Source: Clostridia bacterium (lineage in GTDB: Bacteria > Bacillota > Clostridia > Oscillospirales > Acutalibacteraceae). Taken from it: a stretch of 64,000 bases of DNA. The stretch spans positions 34,781-98,780 of the forward strand of contig JAFTXJ010000018.1 in NCBI GenBank assembly GCA_017461625.1, given 5' to 3'. The notes beneath the pieces were generated by a model, which ran no database searches, was not told the origin of the DNA, and was given only the letters and a program-made list of their open reading frames with translations. Of this stretch, positions 38,764-48,030 are shown one piece after another. A program made the translations under genes and the position numbers. How positions within the stretch are numbered: the first letter of the stretch is position 1; the number at the start of each line of letters is the position of its first letter.

Positions 38764-39633
38764 ATGGATTGGATTTCCGGTATTCAAAAATCACTTGACT
38801 ACATTGAAAACCACATAACAGAGGAGCTGAATTATGAAGCTATAGCAAAAGAAGCTGCTTGCTCAAATTTTTACTTTCAGCGAATTTTTAGCATTCTGTG
38901 CGGAATTTCCATTGGTGAATATATCAGATGCAGAAGACTCACACTTGCCGGCAACGAACTCTGCAAAACCAATAAAAAAGTGATAGATATAGCCTTTGAA
39001 TATGGATATGAGAGCCCTGAAAGTTTTTCACGTGCCTTTCTTAAATTTCACGGAGTCACCCCTTCAGAAGCGAAGAAAGACGGTTCAAAGCTGAAATCTT
39101 TTTCACCTCTTTCGGTGCAAATTATTTTGAGAGGTGGTAGTATTATGGACTACAAAATTGTTGACAAACCTGCATTTACGGTACTCGAAAAGGTTGAGCA
39201 TCACAGTGTTGACGATTCGCAAAACAAAAACTCTATCCCCGATTTCTGGACACGGTCACACAAAGATGGTACAGTTAAAACCCTTTTAGAGCTGGCTGAC
39301 GACAAGACATACATATTTGGAATTTGTTACAACACACCAAAAGATAACAAATACTTTGAATATTCAATCGCTGCAGTATACACAAACAGAAAAATCATTC
39401 CCAAGGGATTCAGAATAAATGAAATTCCTGCACGAACTTGGGCAGTGTTTGAAACAACCGGAGCAATGCCAAACGCAATCCAAGACCTTTTTCACAAAAT
39501 TTTATCCGAATTTTTTCCAACATCTGCTTATCAACCAACATATGAAATGGATATTGAAGCCTATACAGCTGGTAACATGAGTTCTCCTTGCTACAAAAGC
39601 GAAATTTGGATTCCGGTGATTAAAACAAAATAA
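38764..39633 (+). CDS. AraC-family transcriptional regulator with GyrI-like effector-binding domain
   Basis: The HTH region contains YESPESFSRAFLKFHGVTPSEAKK. The C-terminal part is GyrI-like. ATG 38764 follows AAAGGAGGAAAAG. Confidence 0.88.
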   Translation: MDWISGIQKSLDYIENHITEELNYEAIAKEAACSNFYFQRIFSILCGISIGEYIRCRRLTLAGNELCKTNKKVIDIAFEYGYESPESFSRAFLKFHGVTPSEAKKDGSKLKSFSPLSVQIILRGGSIMDYKIVDKPAFTVLEKVEHHSVDDSQNKNSIPDFWTRSHKDGTVKTLLELADDKTYIFGICYNTPKDNKYFEYSIAAVYTNRKIIPKGFRINEIPARTWAVFETTGAMPNAIQDLFHKILSEFFPTSAYQPTYEMDIEAYTAGNMSSPCYKSEIWIPVIKTK

Positions 39634-39641
39634 AACAAAAA

Positions 39642-39676
39642 GACCGTAGTCACAATGACTACGGTCTCATTTTTAC
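39642..39676. terminator. Bidirectional Rho-independent terminator (araC-like gene / rplL)
   Basis: GACCGTAGTCA-caa-TGACTACGGTC with TCATTTTT on plus and TTTTTGTTTT on minus. Confidence 0.88.
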
Positions 39677-39684
39677 AATCAAAC

Positions 39685-40062
39685 TTATTTAAGTTCAACT
39701 TTTGCGCCAACTTCTTCAAGTTTAGCTTTGATTTCTTCAGCTTCTTCTTTAGAAGCGCCTTCTTTAACAGCCTTAGGAGCGCCGTCAACGAGAGCTTTTG
39801 CTTCTGCAAGACCAAGACCTGTGATGTCTTTAACAGCCTTAACAACCTTAATTTTCTGTGCGCCTGCGTCTGCAAGAACAACGTCAAATTCTGTCTTTTC
39901 TTCAGCTGCTGCTGCGCCGCCTGCTGCGGGGCCTGCTGCTACAACTGCTGCTGCAGCTGATACGCCGAATTCTTCTTCTACTGCTTTAACGAGCTCTGAA
40001 AGCTCAAGAACTGAGAGAGTCTTTAACTCTTCAACGATTGCTGTAATCTTTTCTGATGCCAT
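39685..40062 (-). CDS. rplL: 50S ribosomal protein L7/L12
   Basis: [21 protein letters not shown]...AKVELK. The second ATG is chosen because it lies 9 nt from GGAGG. Confidence 0.97.
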   Translation of the reverse strand: MASEKITAIVEELKTLSVLELSELVKAVEEEFGVSAAAAVVAAGPAAGGAAAAEEKTEFDVVLADAGAQKIKVVKAVKDITGLGLAEAKALVDGAPKAVKEGASKEEAEEIKAKLEEVGAKVELK

Positions 40063-40113
40063 TTTAGTCATCCTCCTATAAATTTAAAAATTAATTTTTA
40101 ATGTGAGCTTAAA

Positions 40114-40635
40114 TTAAGCTTCTGCAGGAGCCTCTGCTCCGTCTGAATTTTTGTCAGCAATAGCCTGAACCGCACGTGCGAAAGATGCGATAGGTGCGCT
40201 GAATACATTTGCAACCATAGAAAGCAATGTTTCTCTTGAGGGAAGTGTTGCAAGCTCTTTGAGCTTATCATCGCTGATAACTTCACCGTCAATGTAGCCT
40301 GTTTTAAGGTTGAATGATTCAATCTTCTCAGCGTACTTGTTAAGTACACGAGCAGCTGCTACGTAGTCATCGTTGCTGGTTGCAATAGCGGTTGTGCCTT
40401 CAAGTGAAGCACTCATGCTTTCAAGGCTTGTGTCTTTAATAGCGAGACCGAGAAGAGTATTTTTAACAACAGTGTATTCAACACCTGCTTCTCTGAGCTC
40501 CTTACGCATTGCTGTGTCGTCTGCAACAGTGATACCCTTGTATTCAACAACAACACCTGCGATTGACTTGCTGAGTCTTTCAGAAAGTTGAGCAACAACC
40601 TGCTTCTTCTGTTCCAATACGCTTGCGCTTGGCAT
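40114..40635 (-). CDS. rplJ: 50S ribosomal protein L10
   Basis: MPSASVLEQKKQVVAQLSERL... ATG 40635 follows GGAGAGGTG. The longer ORF-track start runs through the leader RNA. Confidence 0.96.
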   Translation of the reverse strand: MPSASVLEQKKQVVAQLSERLSKSIAGVVVEYKGITVADDTAMRKELREAGVEYTVVKNTLLGLAIKDTSLESMSASLEGTTAIATSNDDYVAAARVLNKYAEKIESFNLKTGYIDGEVISDDKLKELATLPSRETLLSMVANVFSAPIASFARAVQAIADKNSDGAEAPAEA

Positions 40636-40850
40636 TTTTTGTTTCACCTCTCCATACTTTAAGTAAGTGGTGCATATGCGAGAAAATCCCTGCCCACGAA
40701 ACCGTAGGCAGGGATATACATACAAAATTATTCTGTATGTTCCTAACCTCGGCAGGTGGGGTTTACCCATTATGCATTAAGCACCTGCTGTCTTAAGTAA
40801 AAAGAACAGCTTAGTTATAATACCACACGAATTGCTTCGTGTCAAGTATT
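40636..40850 (-). ncRNA. rplJ 5' leader (L10-leader-type autoregulatory attenuator) including an intrinsic terminator at about 40683-40714
   Basis: 215-nt untranslated gap. Minus-strand hairpins are GCAGGTG...CACCTGC (40752-40788) and TCCCTGCC-tacggtttcgtg-GGCAGGGA followed by TTTTCT. Confidence 0.55.
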
Positions 40851-40855
40851 TTTAA

Positions 40856-41563
40856 TTATTCAGCAGAAACTGCACTGGCCTTAGCGGGGTTAATACGAAC
40901 ACCGGGGCCCATTGTTGTTGCGAGAACGCAAGAACGGATGTACTGACCCTTTGCAGCTGCGGGCTTAGCCTTTTCGATAGCTGTGATAAGGGTGTTATAG
41001 TTCTCAGCGAGCTTCTCTGCGCCGAATGATACCTTGCCGATTGGGCAATGGATGATGTTTGTCTTATCAAGACGATATTCGATCTTACCTGCTTTAGCCT
41101 CTTCAACAGCTTTAGCAACATCAGGTGTTACTGTGCCTGCTTTAGGGCTGGGCATAAGACCACGAGGTCCGAGCACTTTACCAAGACGACCAACAAGACC
41201 CATCATGTTCGGTGCTGCGATAGCAACGTCGAAATCAAGGAAGCCTTCGCCCTGGATTTTAGCTACAAGATCTTCAGCGCCAACAACTTCAGCGCCTGCA
41301 GCAACTGCAGCTTCAGCAGCATCGCCTTTTGCGAAAACTGCAACTCTAACCTTTTTACCGGTACCGTTAGGAAGAACTACTGCGCCTCTAACCTGCTGGT
41401 CAGCGTGACGAGAGTCAACACCCAAACGTACGTGGATTTCTACTGTTTCATCAAATTTTGCAGAAGCGGTTTTAACAACAGTTTCAAGAGCTTCTGCAGG
41501 CTCATAAAGCTTTGTTCTGTCAACAAGCTTTGAGCTTTCAACATACTTCTTGCCGTGTTTCAT
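40856..41563 (-). CDS. rplA: 50S ribosomal protein L1
   Basis: 235 aa beginning [20 protein letters not shown]. Confidence 0.98.
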   Translation of the reverse strand: MKHGKKYVESSKLVDRTKLYEPAEALETVVKTASAKFDETVEIHVRLGVDSRHADQQVRGAVVLPNGTGKKVRVAVFAKGDAAEAAVAAGAEVVGAEDLVAKIQGEGFLDFDVAIAAPNMMGLVGRLGKVLGPRGLMPSPKAGTVTPDVAKAVEEAKAGKIEYRLDKTNIIHCPIGKVSFGAEKLAENYNTLITAIEKAKPAAAKGQYIRSCVLATTMGPGVRINPAKASAVSAE

Positions 41564-41621
41564 TTCTTAATTTACCTCCCAAATAAGTGGTTAATCGGAT
41601 TTTTCCTCCCACCAGGGAGCA

Positions 41622-42047
41622 TTAGTCCACTACAGTTACACCCATGCTGCGAGCTGTTCCTGCGATCATGCTCATAGCTGTTTCAACGCTTGAAGCGTTG
41701 AGGTCGGGCATCTTCTGTTCTGCGATTTTTCTAATCTGCTCACCGGTAATAGTTGCAACCTTTGTTTTGTTAGGAACACCTGAACCGCTCTCAATACCGC
41801 AAGCCTTTTTAATAAGAACTGCTGCGGGTGGAGTCTTGGTTACAAAAGTGAATGTGCGGTCTGCATAAACTGTGATAACAACAGGAATGATAAGACCTGC
41901 ATCGTTCTTTGTGCGCTCATTGAATTCCTTTGTGAACGCCATGATGTTTACACCGTGCTGACCTAATGCAGGACCAACAGGTGGAGCCGGGGTTGCTTTG
42001 CCGGCGGGGATCTGAAGCTTAATAAAGCCTACAACCTTCTGAGCCAT
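41622..42047 (-). CDS. rplK: 50S ribosomal protein L11
   Basis: [39 protein letters not shown] 42047 follows GGAGGTG. Confidence 0.98.
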   Translation of the reverse strand: MAQKVVGFIKLQIPAGKATPAPPVGPALGQHGVNIMAFTKEFNERTKNDAGLIIPVVITVYADRTFTFVTKTPPAAVLIKKACGIESGSGVPNKTKVATITGEQIRKIAEQKMPDLNASSVETAMSMIAGTARSMGVTVVD

Positions 42048-42181
42048 TTCTTGCACCTCCAAAAATATGTGGTTATGGCGGAACATCTGAAAAAATTTAT
42101 GTTCCTCCCACAGGGAGCCGAAGCTCCATGCGTAAAAATACGCATATAATTAAACGGCTGACCGTTAATTATCAGTGTAAA

Positions 42182-42739
42182 TTAGTCGGCAATGGGTTCA
42201 ACCTGGTCAAGCTCAAGTTCAACCATGGTCTCTTTGCCGAAAAGAGCAGAAACCGTAACACGAACCATATTGTTCTCTGCGTCAATAGCTTCAACTCTGC
42301 CTGTGAATCCGTCAAAGATTTCGTCAATAATATTAACGGTATCTCCGACAGCGTAGTTGACCTCAACTGTGCGTTTTTCAACGCCCAAGCGATAAACTTC
42401 CTCCTCTGTGAGGGGGGTGGGCTTGCTTTCAGGGCCTACAAAGCCTGTAACACCTCTGGTGTTTCTTACAACAAGCCAAGCTTCATCACTGATAACAGGA
42501 AGGTCATTGTCGTCAAAATCAACGGCCATTTTAACCATAACATAGCCGGGGAAGAGCTTGCGCTCAACCTCTCTTGTTTTATCTTCCTTAACCTCAACAA
42601 CAGTTTCGGTTGGGATCTTAACCTCAAGAATAAGGTCCTGCATACCGCGGTTTTCAACGACTTTTTCAATGTTGCCGGCTACTTTGTTTTCATAGCCGCT
42701 GTAGGTATGAACTACATACCATCTGGAGTTATTAGACAT
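42182..42739 (-). CDS. nusG: Transcription termination/antitermination factor NusG
   Basis: MSNNSRWYVVHTYSGYENKV... with a C-terminal KOW domain. GGAGGAAAAG lies upstream of ATG 42739. Confidence 0.96.
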   Translation of the reverse strand: MSNNSRWYVVHTYSGYENKVAGNIEKVVENRGMQDLILEVKIPTETVVEVKEDKTREVERKLFPGYVMVKMAVDFDDNDLPVISDEAWLVVRNTRGVTGFVGPESKPTPLTEEEVYRLGVEKRTVEVNYAVGDTVNIIDEIFDGFTGRVEAIDAENNMVRVTVSALFGKETMVELELDQVEPIAD

Positions 42740-42774
42740 TGCTTTTCCTCCGAAATCAGCCAATTTTAACAAGA

Positions 42775-43167
42775 TTATTCAGCACTTGCTTCTGTTGGCT
42801 CTGTTTCAGTTGATTCTGATTCAGTGCTTTCGCTTGCTTCTTCATCAGCAGTCTGGCTTGTCTTGTAATTTTCAGCAAGACTTTCAATTCCGCTAACACC
42901 CTTGGAAAGACCAAGGTCAACTGCGAAAACAATTAAACCGATAACAACGATTGAAACGAGAACAACAACTGTGCTCTTAAGAACCATCTTAGCACCGGGC
43001 CATGTAATCTTCTTGATTTCACCTTTGAAATCTTTGCAGAATTTTACAATAGCTTTGCCCGCACGTTTAAAGGGATTGCCCTTTTTAACTTTAGGAGCAC
43101 CGGCCTTCTTTTCTTTAACGGCCTTTTCAATCTTTTCAGCAGCTTCGGACTTTTCATGTTTAGCCAT
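42775..43167 (-). CDS. secE: Preprotein translocase subunit SecE (extended, 130 aa)
   Basis: Core FKGEIKKITWPGAKMVLKSTVVVLVSIVVIGLIVFAVD. Position rpmG-secE-nusG. It has a Lys-rich N-terminal extension and an acidic S/T/E-rich C-terminal extension. Confidence 0.9.
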   Translation of the reverse strand: MAKHEKSEAAEKIEKAVKEKKAGAPKVKKGNPFKRAGKAIVKFCKDFKGEIKKITWPGAKMVLKSTVVVLVSIVVIGLIVFAVDLGLSKGVSGIESLAENYKTSQTADEEASESTESESTETEPTEASAE

Positions 43168-43182
43168 AAATGTAACCTCCGC

Positions 43183-43332
43183 TTACTTTGTTTCTCTGTG
43201 GAGAGTGTGCTTCTTGCAGAATCTGCAATACTTGTTCATCTCCAACCTGTCCGGTGTGTTCTTCTTGTTTTTCATTGTGTCATAGTTGCGCTGTTTGCAC
43301 TCTGTACACGCAAGGGTAACTTTTACTCTCAT
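43183..43332 (-). CDS. rpmG: 50S ribosomal protein L33 (49 aa)
   Basis: Hand translation: [56 protein letters not shown] lies upstream. It is below the ORF-track cutoff. Confidence 0.95.
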   Translation of the reverse strand: MRVKVTLACTECKQRNYDTMKNKKNTPDRLEMNKYCRFCKKHTLHRETK

Positions 43333-43453
43333 ATCGGCACCTCCGTTTAACCGGGTTTTACCCGGAATTTTAGCCTCCCTCTTACCAAAAGCTCTACCCT
43401 GTAAGCTTTTGAATCAGGGCACAAAAAAAGAACCCTCTTTAAGAGGTACGAGT

Positions 43454-43482
43454 ATTTTAACATTAATCCCCCTTCTTGTCAA
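43454..43482 (-). promoter_or_regulatory. Promoter of rpmG-secE-nusG-rplKAJL
   Basis: On the minus strand: TTGACA, 17 nt, TAAAAT, about 120 nt upstream of rpmG. Confidence 0.55.
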
Positions 43483-43605
43483 GAAAAATTTACAAAATTA
43501 ATTTATTTTTTTGTTAAATTCCACAAATTGTATATTGTGCAAATGCAACACACCAAATATGCCACTATACGTCTATACAATTATATTACAAACTGCAAAC
43601 CCGCT

Positions 43606-43633
43606 TTGACATTCACTTAAAAAATGATATAAT
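43606..43633 (+). promoter_or_regulatory. Promoter of the SEDS/PBP operon
   Basis: TTGACA, 16 nt, TGaTATAAT (extended -10), 28 nt upstream of ATG 43662. Confidence 0.55.
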
Positions 43634-43661
43634 AACATAAAACACTGAAGGAGGTGTTGCA

Positions 43662-44963
43662 ATGGCTCAGGAAAAGCAACGTGTTTTTCATTGGTTCCCT
43701 GTTATGCTGTTAGTCGGATTGTTTCAGATAATAACCGCTTTTACCGTCTTATTTCAGAAAGACGAGTTTGATTTTTTACTGGCAGCGGTTTTATTGGGAT
43801 ATGTGTTTATTGAGTTTGCATACTTTTTTGTAGCAACCGCCTTTTTTAATCAGAAACACACCGAACTTGAAGTTATCGGCTTTTTTCTATCGGGTATAGG
43901 TCTGACAGTTTGTGCAAGCGTGGATTCGGGCTATGCAATAAAACAAGCAGTTGCAATCTTGTTGGGCTTGCTCGTTTTCATAGTTATGGTAGCAGTGTTG
44001 CGACGCTCTGATATTGTGATGAAGCTCAGAACACCCGTCGGCATACTCGCAATCGGTTTGCTTGCCCTTAACATTGTTTTGGCAGAAACGACAAACGGCA
44101 CTCTTAACTGGATTGAAATCGCAGGCATTTCAGTTCAACCGTCAGAAATAGTTAAACTGGCTTTCGTTTTTGTCGGAGCCGCATCTTTGGACAAGCTTCA
44201 GCGTACACGAAGCATCACCAAATACATCATTTTCGCTGTCGTCTGCGTAGGATTTCTCTTTCTTATGCGTGACTTCGGAACAGCACTTATCTTCTTTTTC
44301 ACTTTTATTATTATAGCATTTATGCGTTCGGGCGATTTCCGAACAATTGCCCTTATTTGTGCAGGGGCAGTGCTCGGTGCAATAATGATAATCTATTTCA
44401 AATCAACCGTTGCCGCACGCTTTGCAACATATCGCCATATATGGGATGATATGTACGGCAAAGGCATGCAGCAGACAAGAACTTTGATTTATTCAGCAAG
44501 TGGCGGACTTTTTGGTCTTGGCATTGGTAAAGGTAAGCTCAAAGGAACATTTGCCTCAACCACCGACCTTGTTTTTGGTATGATTTGTGAAGAGTGGGGA
44601 TTTATTCTTGCCCTCGCGATCATGCTTATATTTGCTCTTCTGGTAATCTATGCTGTTAAAACAGCAAGAGATACACGCTCTGCATTTTATGCCATAGCAG
44701 CCTGTGCCGCATCGGGAATGTTGCTTTTTCAGATGTCGCTGAACATCTTCGGTGTAACAGATCTTCTTCCCTTCACCGGTGTTACTCTTCCGTTTATCAG
44801 CCGAGGAGGAACAAGTATGCTTTGCTCATGGGGCTTATTGGCTTTTATCAAATCGGCGGACATTCATACTTACCCTCGCCTTTCAGAAACAATTTTACCC
44901 GATCATCCTCTTTATCCCGATGATATACCTGTAAGCAAAAGAAGGAGGCGACCGGCAAGATGA
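43662..44963 (+). CDS. FtsW/RodA/SpoVE (SEDS) family peptidoglycan polymerase
   Basis: 433 aa, about 10 TM segments, SEDS-typical ...QPSEIVKLAFV... and LPFISRGGTSM. Confidence 0.9.
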   Translation: MAQEKQRVFHWFPVMLLVGLFQIITAFTVLFQKDEFDFLLAAVLLGYVFIEFAYFFVATAFFNQKHTELEVIGFFLSGIGLTVCASVDSGYAIKQAVAILLGLLVFIVMVAVLRRSDIVMKLRTPVGILAIGLLALNIVLAETTNGTLNWIEIAGISVQPSEIVKLAFVFVGAASLDKLQRTRSITKYIIFAVVCVGFLFLMRDFGTALIFFFTFIIIAFMRSGDFRTIALICAGAVLGAIMIIYFKSTVAARFATYRHIWDDMYGKGMQQTRTLIYSASGGLFGLGIGKGKLKGTFASTTDLVFGMICEEWGFILALAIMLIFALLVIYAVKTARDTRSAFYAIAACAASGMLLFQMSLNIFGVTDLLPFTGVTLPFISRGGTSMLCSWGLLAFIKSADIHTYPRLSETILPDHPLYPDDIPVSKRRRRPAR

Positions 44964-46330
44964 AAAACACCACAAAACGAGCTTATGTGCTTTTTGCTGT
45001 TTTAATTGCGTTCTTTGTAGGTTTTACCATTTTAATATATACATTTATAATGAACGGTTCAGACTGGGCAACCAACAAAGCCAACCGCCATCTTTATTCT
45101 GACGGAAGTATTTCTGCCGCAGGGTCAATTTATGACTGCAACGGTGAAATTCTTGCACAAACTGTTGACGGCAACAGAAGATATAATGAAAGCTCTTCTG
45201 TCAGAAAAGCTACCCTTCACACTATCGGTGACCTTAACGGTTTTATTGCCACAGGTGTTCAATACACATATCGTCATACCCTAACAGGCTATGATTTTAT
45301 AAATGGTATTTCTTCAATCGTGCAATACGGCAAAGGAAATGATATTCACCTTACCATTGATTCTGATGTGTGCGAGGTTGCATATAAAGCCCTCAACGGA
45401 CGAAAAGGTGCCGTAGGTGTTTATAACTACAAAACTGGTAAAATCATCTGCATGGTTTCAGCACCAACTTACGACCCTAAAAATAAGCCTTCCGATATTG
45501 ATACCAACGAAAAATATGAAGGAGTTTATCTCAACCGAGTTTTATCGGGTCTTTACACTCCGGGTTCAACCTTTAAGGTAATTACCGCTGCAAGTGCAAT
45601 CGAAAACATCCCTGACATTTATCAGCGTGAATTCAAATGCACCGGCAAATATGACACGGGTGACGGCACTGTTATATGCAACAGCACTCATGGCACAGTT
45701 AATTTTGAAGAAGCACTGAACAAATCCTGCAACAGTGCATTTGCTCAGATTGCAATCGAATTAGGCTCAGAAAAGCTTACTCTCACAGCTCAGGAGTTGG
45801 GATTTAATACTGACGTCACCGTTGACGGAATCGCTTCGCCTGAAACATCAATTTTTGATGTGAGTAAGGCAACCAAGGTTGACCTCGGCTGGGCAGGCAT
45901 AGGTCAGTACATCACACTTGCTAACCCCTATCAAATGATGATGGTAATGGGTTGTATCGCAAATTCAGGTGTTACCGTTGAGCCTTATGTTGTTGATTAT
46001 ATTCAAAGCCCCAAGCTTATTCGTGATATTACGCAACCGCAAACAAGTGAAGAAATAACTCTTACCTCCGATGTTGCAAATAAGCTTAAAACGCTTCTTC
46101 GCTCAAATGTGAAGAACTATTACGGTGATAAAAAGTTCCCCGGACTTGAAATGTGCGGAAAAACAGGTACTGCACAAATTGACGACGGTGAACCGCACTC
46201 ATGGTTTGTGGGCTTTTCTCAAAACAGCTCCACACCCTATGCAATTGTTGCTGTTGTAGAAAACGGAGGTTCCGGCCTTTCAGCAGCAGGAAACGTTGCA
46301 AACAAAGTTATGCAAGCAATTTGCAATTAA
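44960..46330 (+). CDS. Class B penicillin-binding protein (transpeptidase)
   Basis: STFK (GSTFKVITA), SCN (KSCNSAF) and KTGT motifs. N-terminal TM anchor. Overlaps the SEDS gene stop. Confidence 0.92.
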   Translation: MKNTTKRAYVLFAVLIAFFVGFTILIYTFIMNGSDWATNKANRHLYSDGSISAAGSIYDCNGEILAQTVDGNRRYNESSSVRKATLHTIGDLNGFIATGVQYTYRHTLTGYDFINGISSIVQYGKGNDIHLTIDSDVCEVAYKALNGRKGAVGVYNYKTGKIICMVSAPTYDPKNKPSDIDTNEKYEGVYLNRVLSGLYTPGSTFKVITAASAIENIPDIYQREFKCTGKYDTGDGTVICNSTHGTVNFEEALNKSCNSAFAQIAIELGSEKLTLTAQELGFNTDVTVDGIASPETSIFDVSKATKVDLGWAGIGQYITLANPYQMMMVMGCIANSGVTVEPYVVDYIQSPKLIRDITQPQTSEEITLTSDVANKLKTLLRSNVKNYYGDKKFPGLEMCGKTGTAQIDDGEPHSWFVGFSQNSSTPYAIVAVVENGGSGLSAAGNVANKVMQAICN

Positions 46331-46537
46331 TCCTCAAACACAATCTGTTGTGTATTTTGGTCAGAATACGTACTATTCTATTGTCATAGTTAACAAAATC
46401 AACCGTGTAAATTTTATCCAAAAAGAGTTTATTTTTCTTTTTTAGAATTTTAAATCGTTATTGTTGTGTTAGTATTACTATAACAAAGTGCAAACTTTGC
46501 AAATTATTCGCACAAAGTGCAAAAGGAGAAATTAGCA

Positions 46538-47395
46538 ATGAAAAAGTTTTTAGCAGTAGTTCTCGCTCTTGTTATGACATTAGCTATGGGAACAGCCGCA
46601 TTTGCTTACGTTGAAGTTGCTCCCGGTCAGATTTATCTCGGACCAGCAGACGCTGAATACTTAGCAAACCCCGGCGACGAAGTTACACTCACATTCCGTT
46701 ACGCTGGTAGCCCTCTTGAAACAGACGGTTATCCCACAGACGGTTATGCAATCGTAACATTCTTTGGCATCATCGGCGACGTTAACTACAACACAATCAC
46801 AGGTGCTGACCTCACTCAGGAAGCTAAGGATGCAGGTTGCTCATTCATCGTAAATGAGAACTCAATGTATAACTCATACGTTGAAGCAGAGTCAGCTACA
46901 GCAGTTGCATCAATCATGATGCCCGTTGAGCTTCTCGGCACAGACTTCAACCTCTTCACAATCACAACATCTGTTTCAACTGACTGGGTTGTTGTTGACT
47001 ATGTTGCTGAAACACCTATCGACATCATCGGCTATGCAGGCGACTATGCTGCAGCTCCCAGCATCATCGTTACTGATGAAGAAGCAGCTGCAATCACAGC
47101 AGGCGAAATGATGGCTGAAGAAATCGAAAACCCCGTTTACATCAACGGTATTATGACTGAAACAAACACAGTAATCAACGCTATGCCTTACCAGCCCACA
47201 TGGGAAGAAGCTTTCACAGAGCAGCTTAAAGGTATTGGTTCAGCTATCCTCGACGTACTTATGATCGGTATCAACCTTCTTAAGGGCGAACTCGCTCCTG
47301 AAGATTGGTTCGTTCCCGGCGAGCATGACGTTGTTGACCTCAGTTTCATCACTGATGGTATCGCAGCTCTCGTTGGCATGATCATCGGTGGCTAA
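46538..47395 (+). CDS. Secreted acidic hypothetical protein with C-terminal hydrophobic segment
   Basis: Signal peptide MKKFLAVVLALVMTLAMGTAAFA after AAAGGAG. I recognise no family. It ends ...GIAALVGMIIGG. Confidence 0.6.
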   Translation: MKKFLAVVLALVMTLAMGTAAFAYVEVAPGQIYLGPADAEYLANPGDEVTLTFRYAGSPLETDGYPTDGYAIVTFFGIIGDVNYNTITGADLTQEAKDAGCSFIVNENSMYNSYVEAESATAVASIMMPVELLGTDFNLFTITTSVSTDWVVVDYVAETPIDIIGYAGDYAAAPSIIVTDEEAAAITAGEMMAEEIENPVYINGIMTETNTVINAMPYQPTWEEAFTEQLKGIGSAILDVLMIGINLLKGELAPEDWFVPGEHDVVDLSFITDGIAALVGMIIGG

Positions 47396-47413
47396 TCCTA
47401 CTTAACAAAAACA

Positions 47414-47441
47414 GCCGGTTCGTAAGAACCGGCATTTTTTT
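47414..47441. terminator. Bidirectional Rho-independent terminator
   Basis: GCCGGTTC-gtaa-GAACCGGC followed by ATTTTTTT. The minus-strand side has TGTTTTTGTT. Confidence 0.88.
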
Positions 47442-47448
47442 GCACTTT

Positions 47449-48030
47449 TTATATTTTTAACCAACCATTTTTCACACTGTCATCAAGCATCGCTTTAACC
47501 TTTGGCCACACTTCGGGCATAGCTGCTTTTATTTTAAGCATTCGTTTTTCAACCATATCATAAGTCACTCCCTCAACCCATGTGTGACCTTGTGTTTTGT
47601 AATTATTAATCAGTGGCTGCAATCTATCAAGGGCACAGGTATATAAAGCATCGGCAGTTTTTTCTTCGTCAAACTCAAGCCATAAAGCTTTATACTCCTC
47701 ACCTTGTCCGTCAGGCAATTGAGCAAAAAGCTTTTCTGCAGCGTCAAGCTCACGCTGAGCTTTATCCTCATAACCTCTGGCATCATATGCAAAAGTGTCA
47801 CCCGCATAAATTTCCACAAGGTCATGAACGAGTGCCATTTTAACGCAACGGTCTATGTTGACCTCGGGCTTTGCATAGTCTTTAAAAAGAATCACCATCA
47901 TAGCAAGATGCCACGAATGCTCCGCATCAGTTTCTGTTCTGCTTTTGTCAATAACAAGTGTTCTGCGATACACAGATTTCATCTTGTCAATTTCTGCAGA
48001 AAATTCAATCAATTTATCTATATTATCCAT
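47449..48030 (-). CDS. HD-domain phosphohydrolase (YfbR-like 5'-nucleotidase family)
   Basis: AEHSWHLAMM...ALVHDLVEIYAGD. Confidence 0.8.
   Translation of the reverse strand: MDNIDKLIEFSAEIDKMKSVYRRTLVIDKSRTETDAEHSWHLAMMVILFKDYAKPEVNIDRCVKMALVHDLVEIYAGDTFAYDARGYEDKAQRELDAAEKLFAQLPDGQGEEYKALWLEFDEEKTADALYTCALDRLQPLINNYKTQGHTWVEGVTYDMVEKRMLKIKAAMPEVWPKVKAMLDDSVKNGWLKI

Noticed and set aside
39655-40081. Plus-strand ORFs with Cys/Ala-rich products (101 aa and 117 aa).
   Set aside because: They are antisense shadows of the GCN-rich rplL coding sequence. They are low-complexity and have no SD.
41034-41533. Two plus-strand ORFs (124 aa and 161 aa).
   Set aside because: They are antisense to rplA and arise as frame shadows of a highly biased ribosomal gene.
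42128-42769. A 213-aa plus-strand ORF.
   Set aside because: It is fully antisense to nusG, which has unmistakable homology. It has no SD and odd composition.
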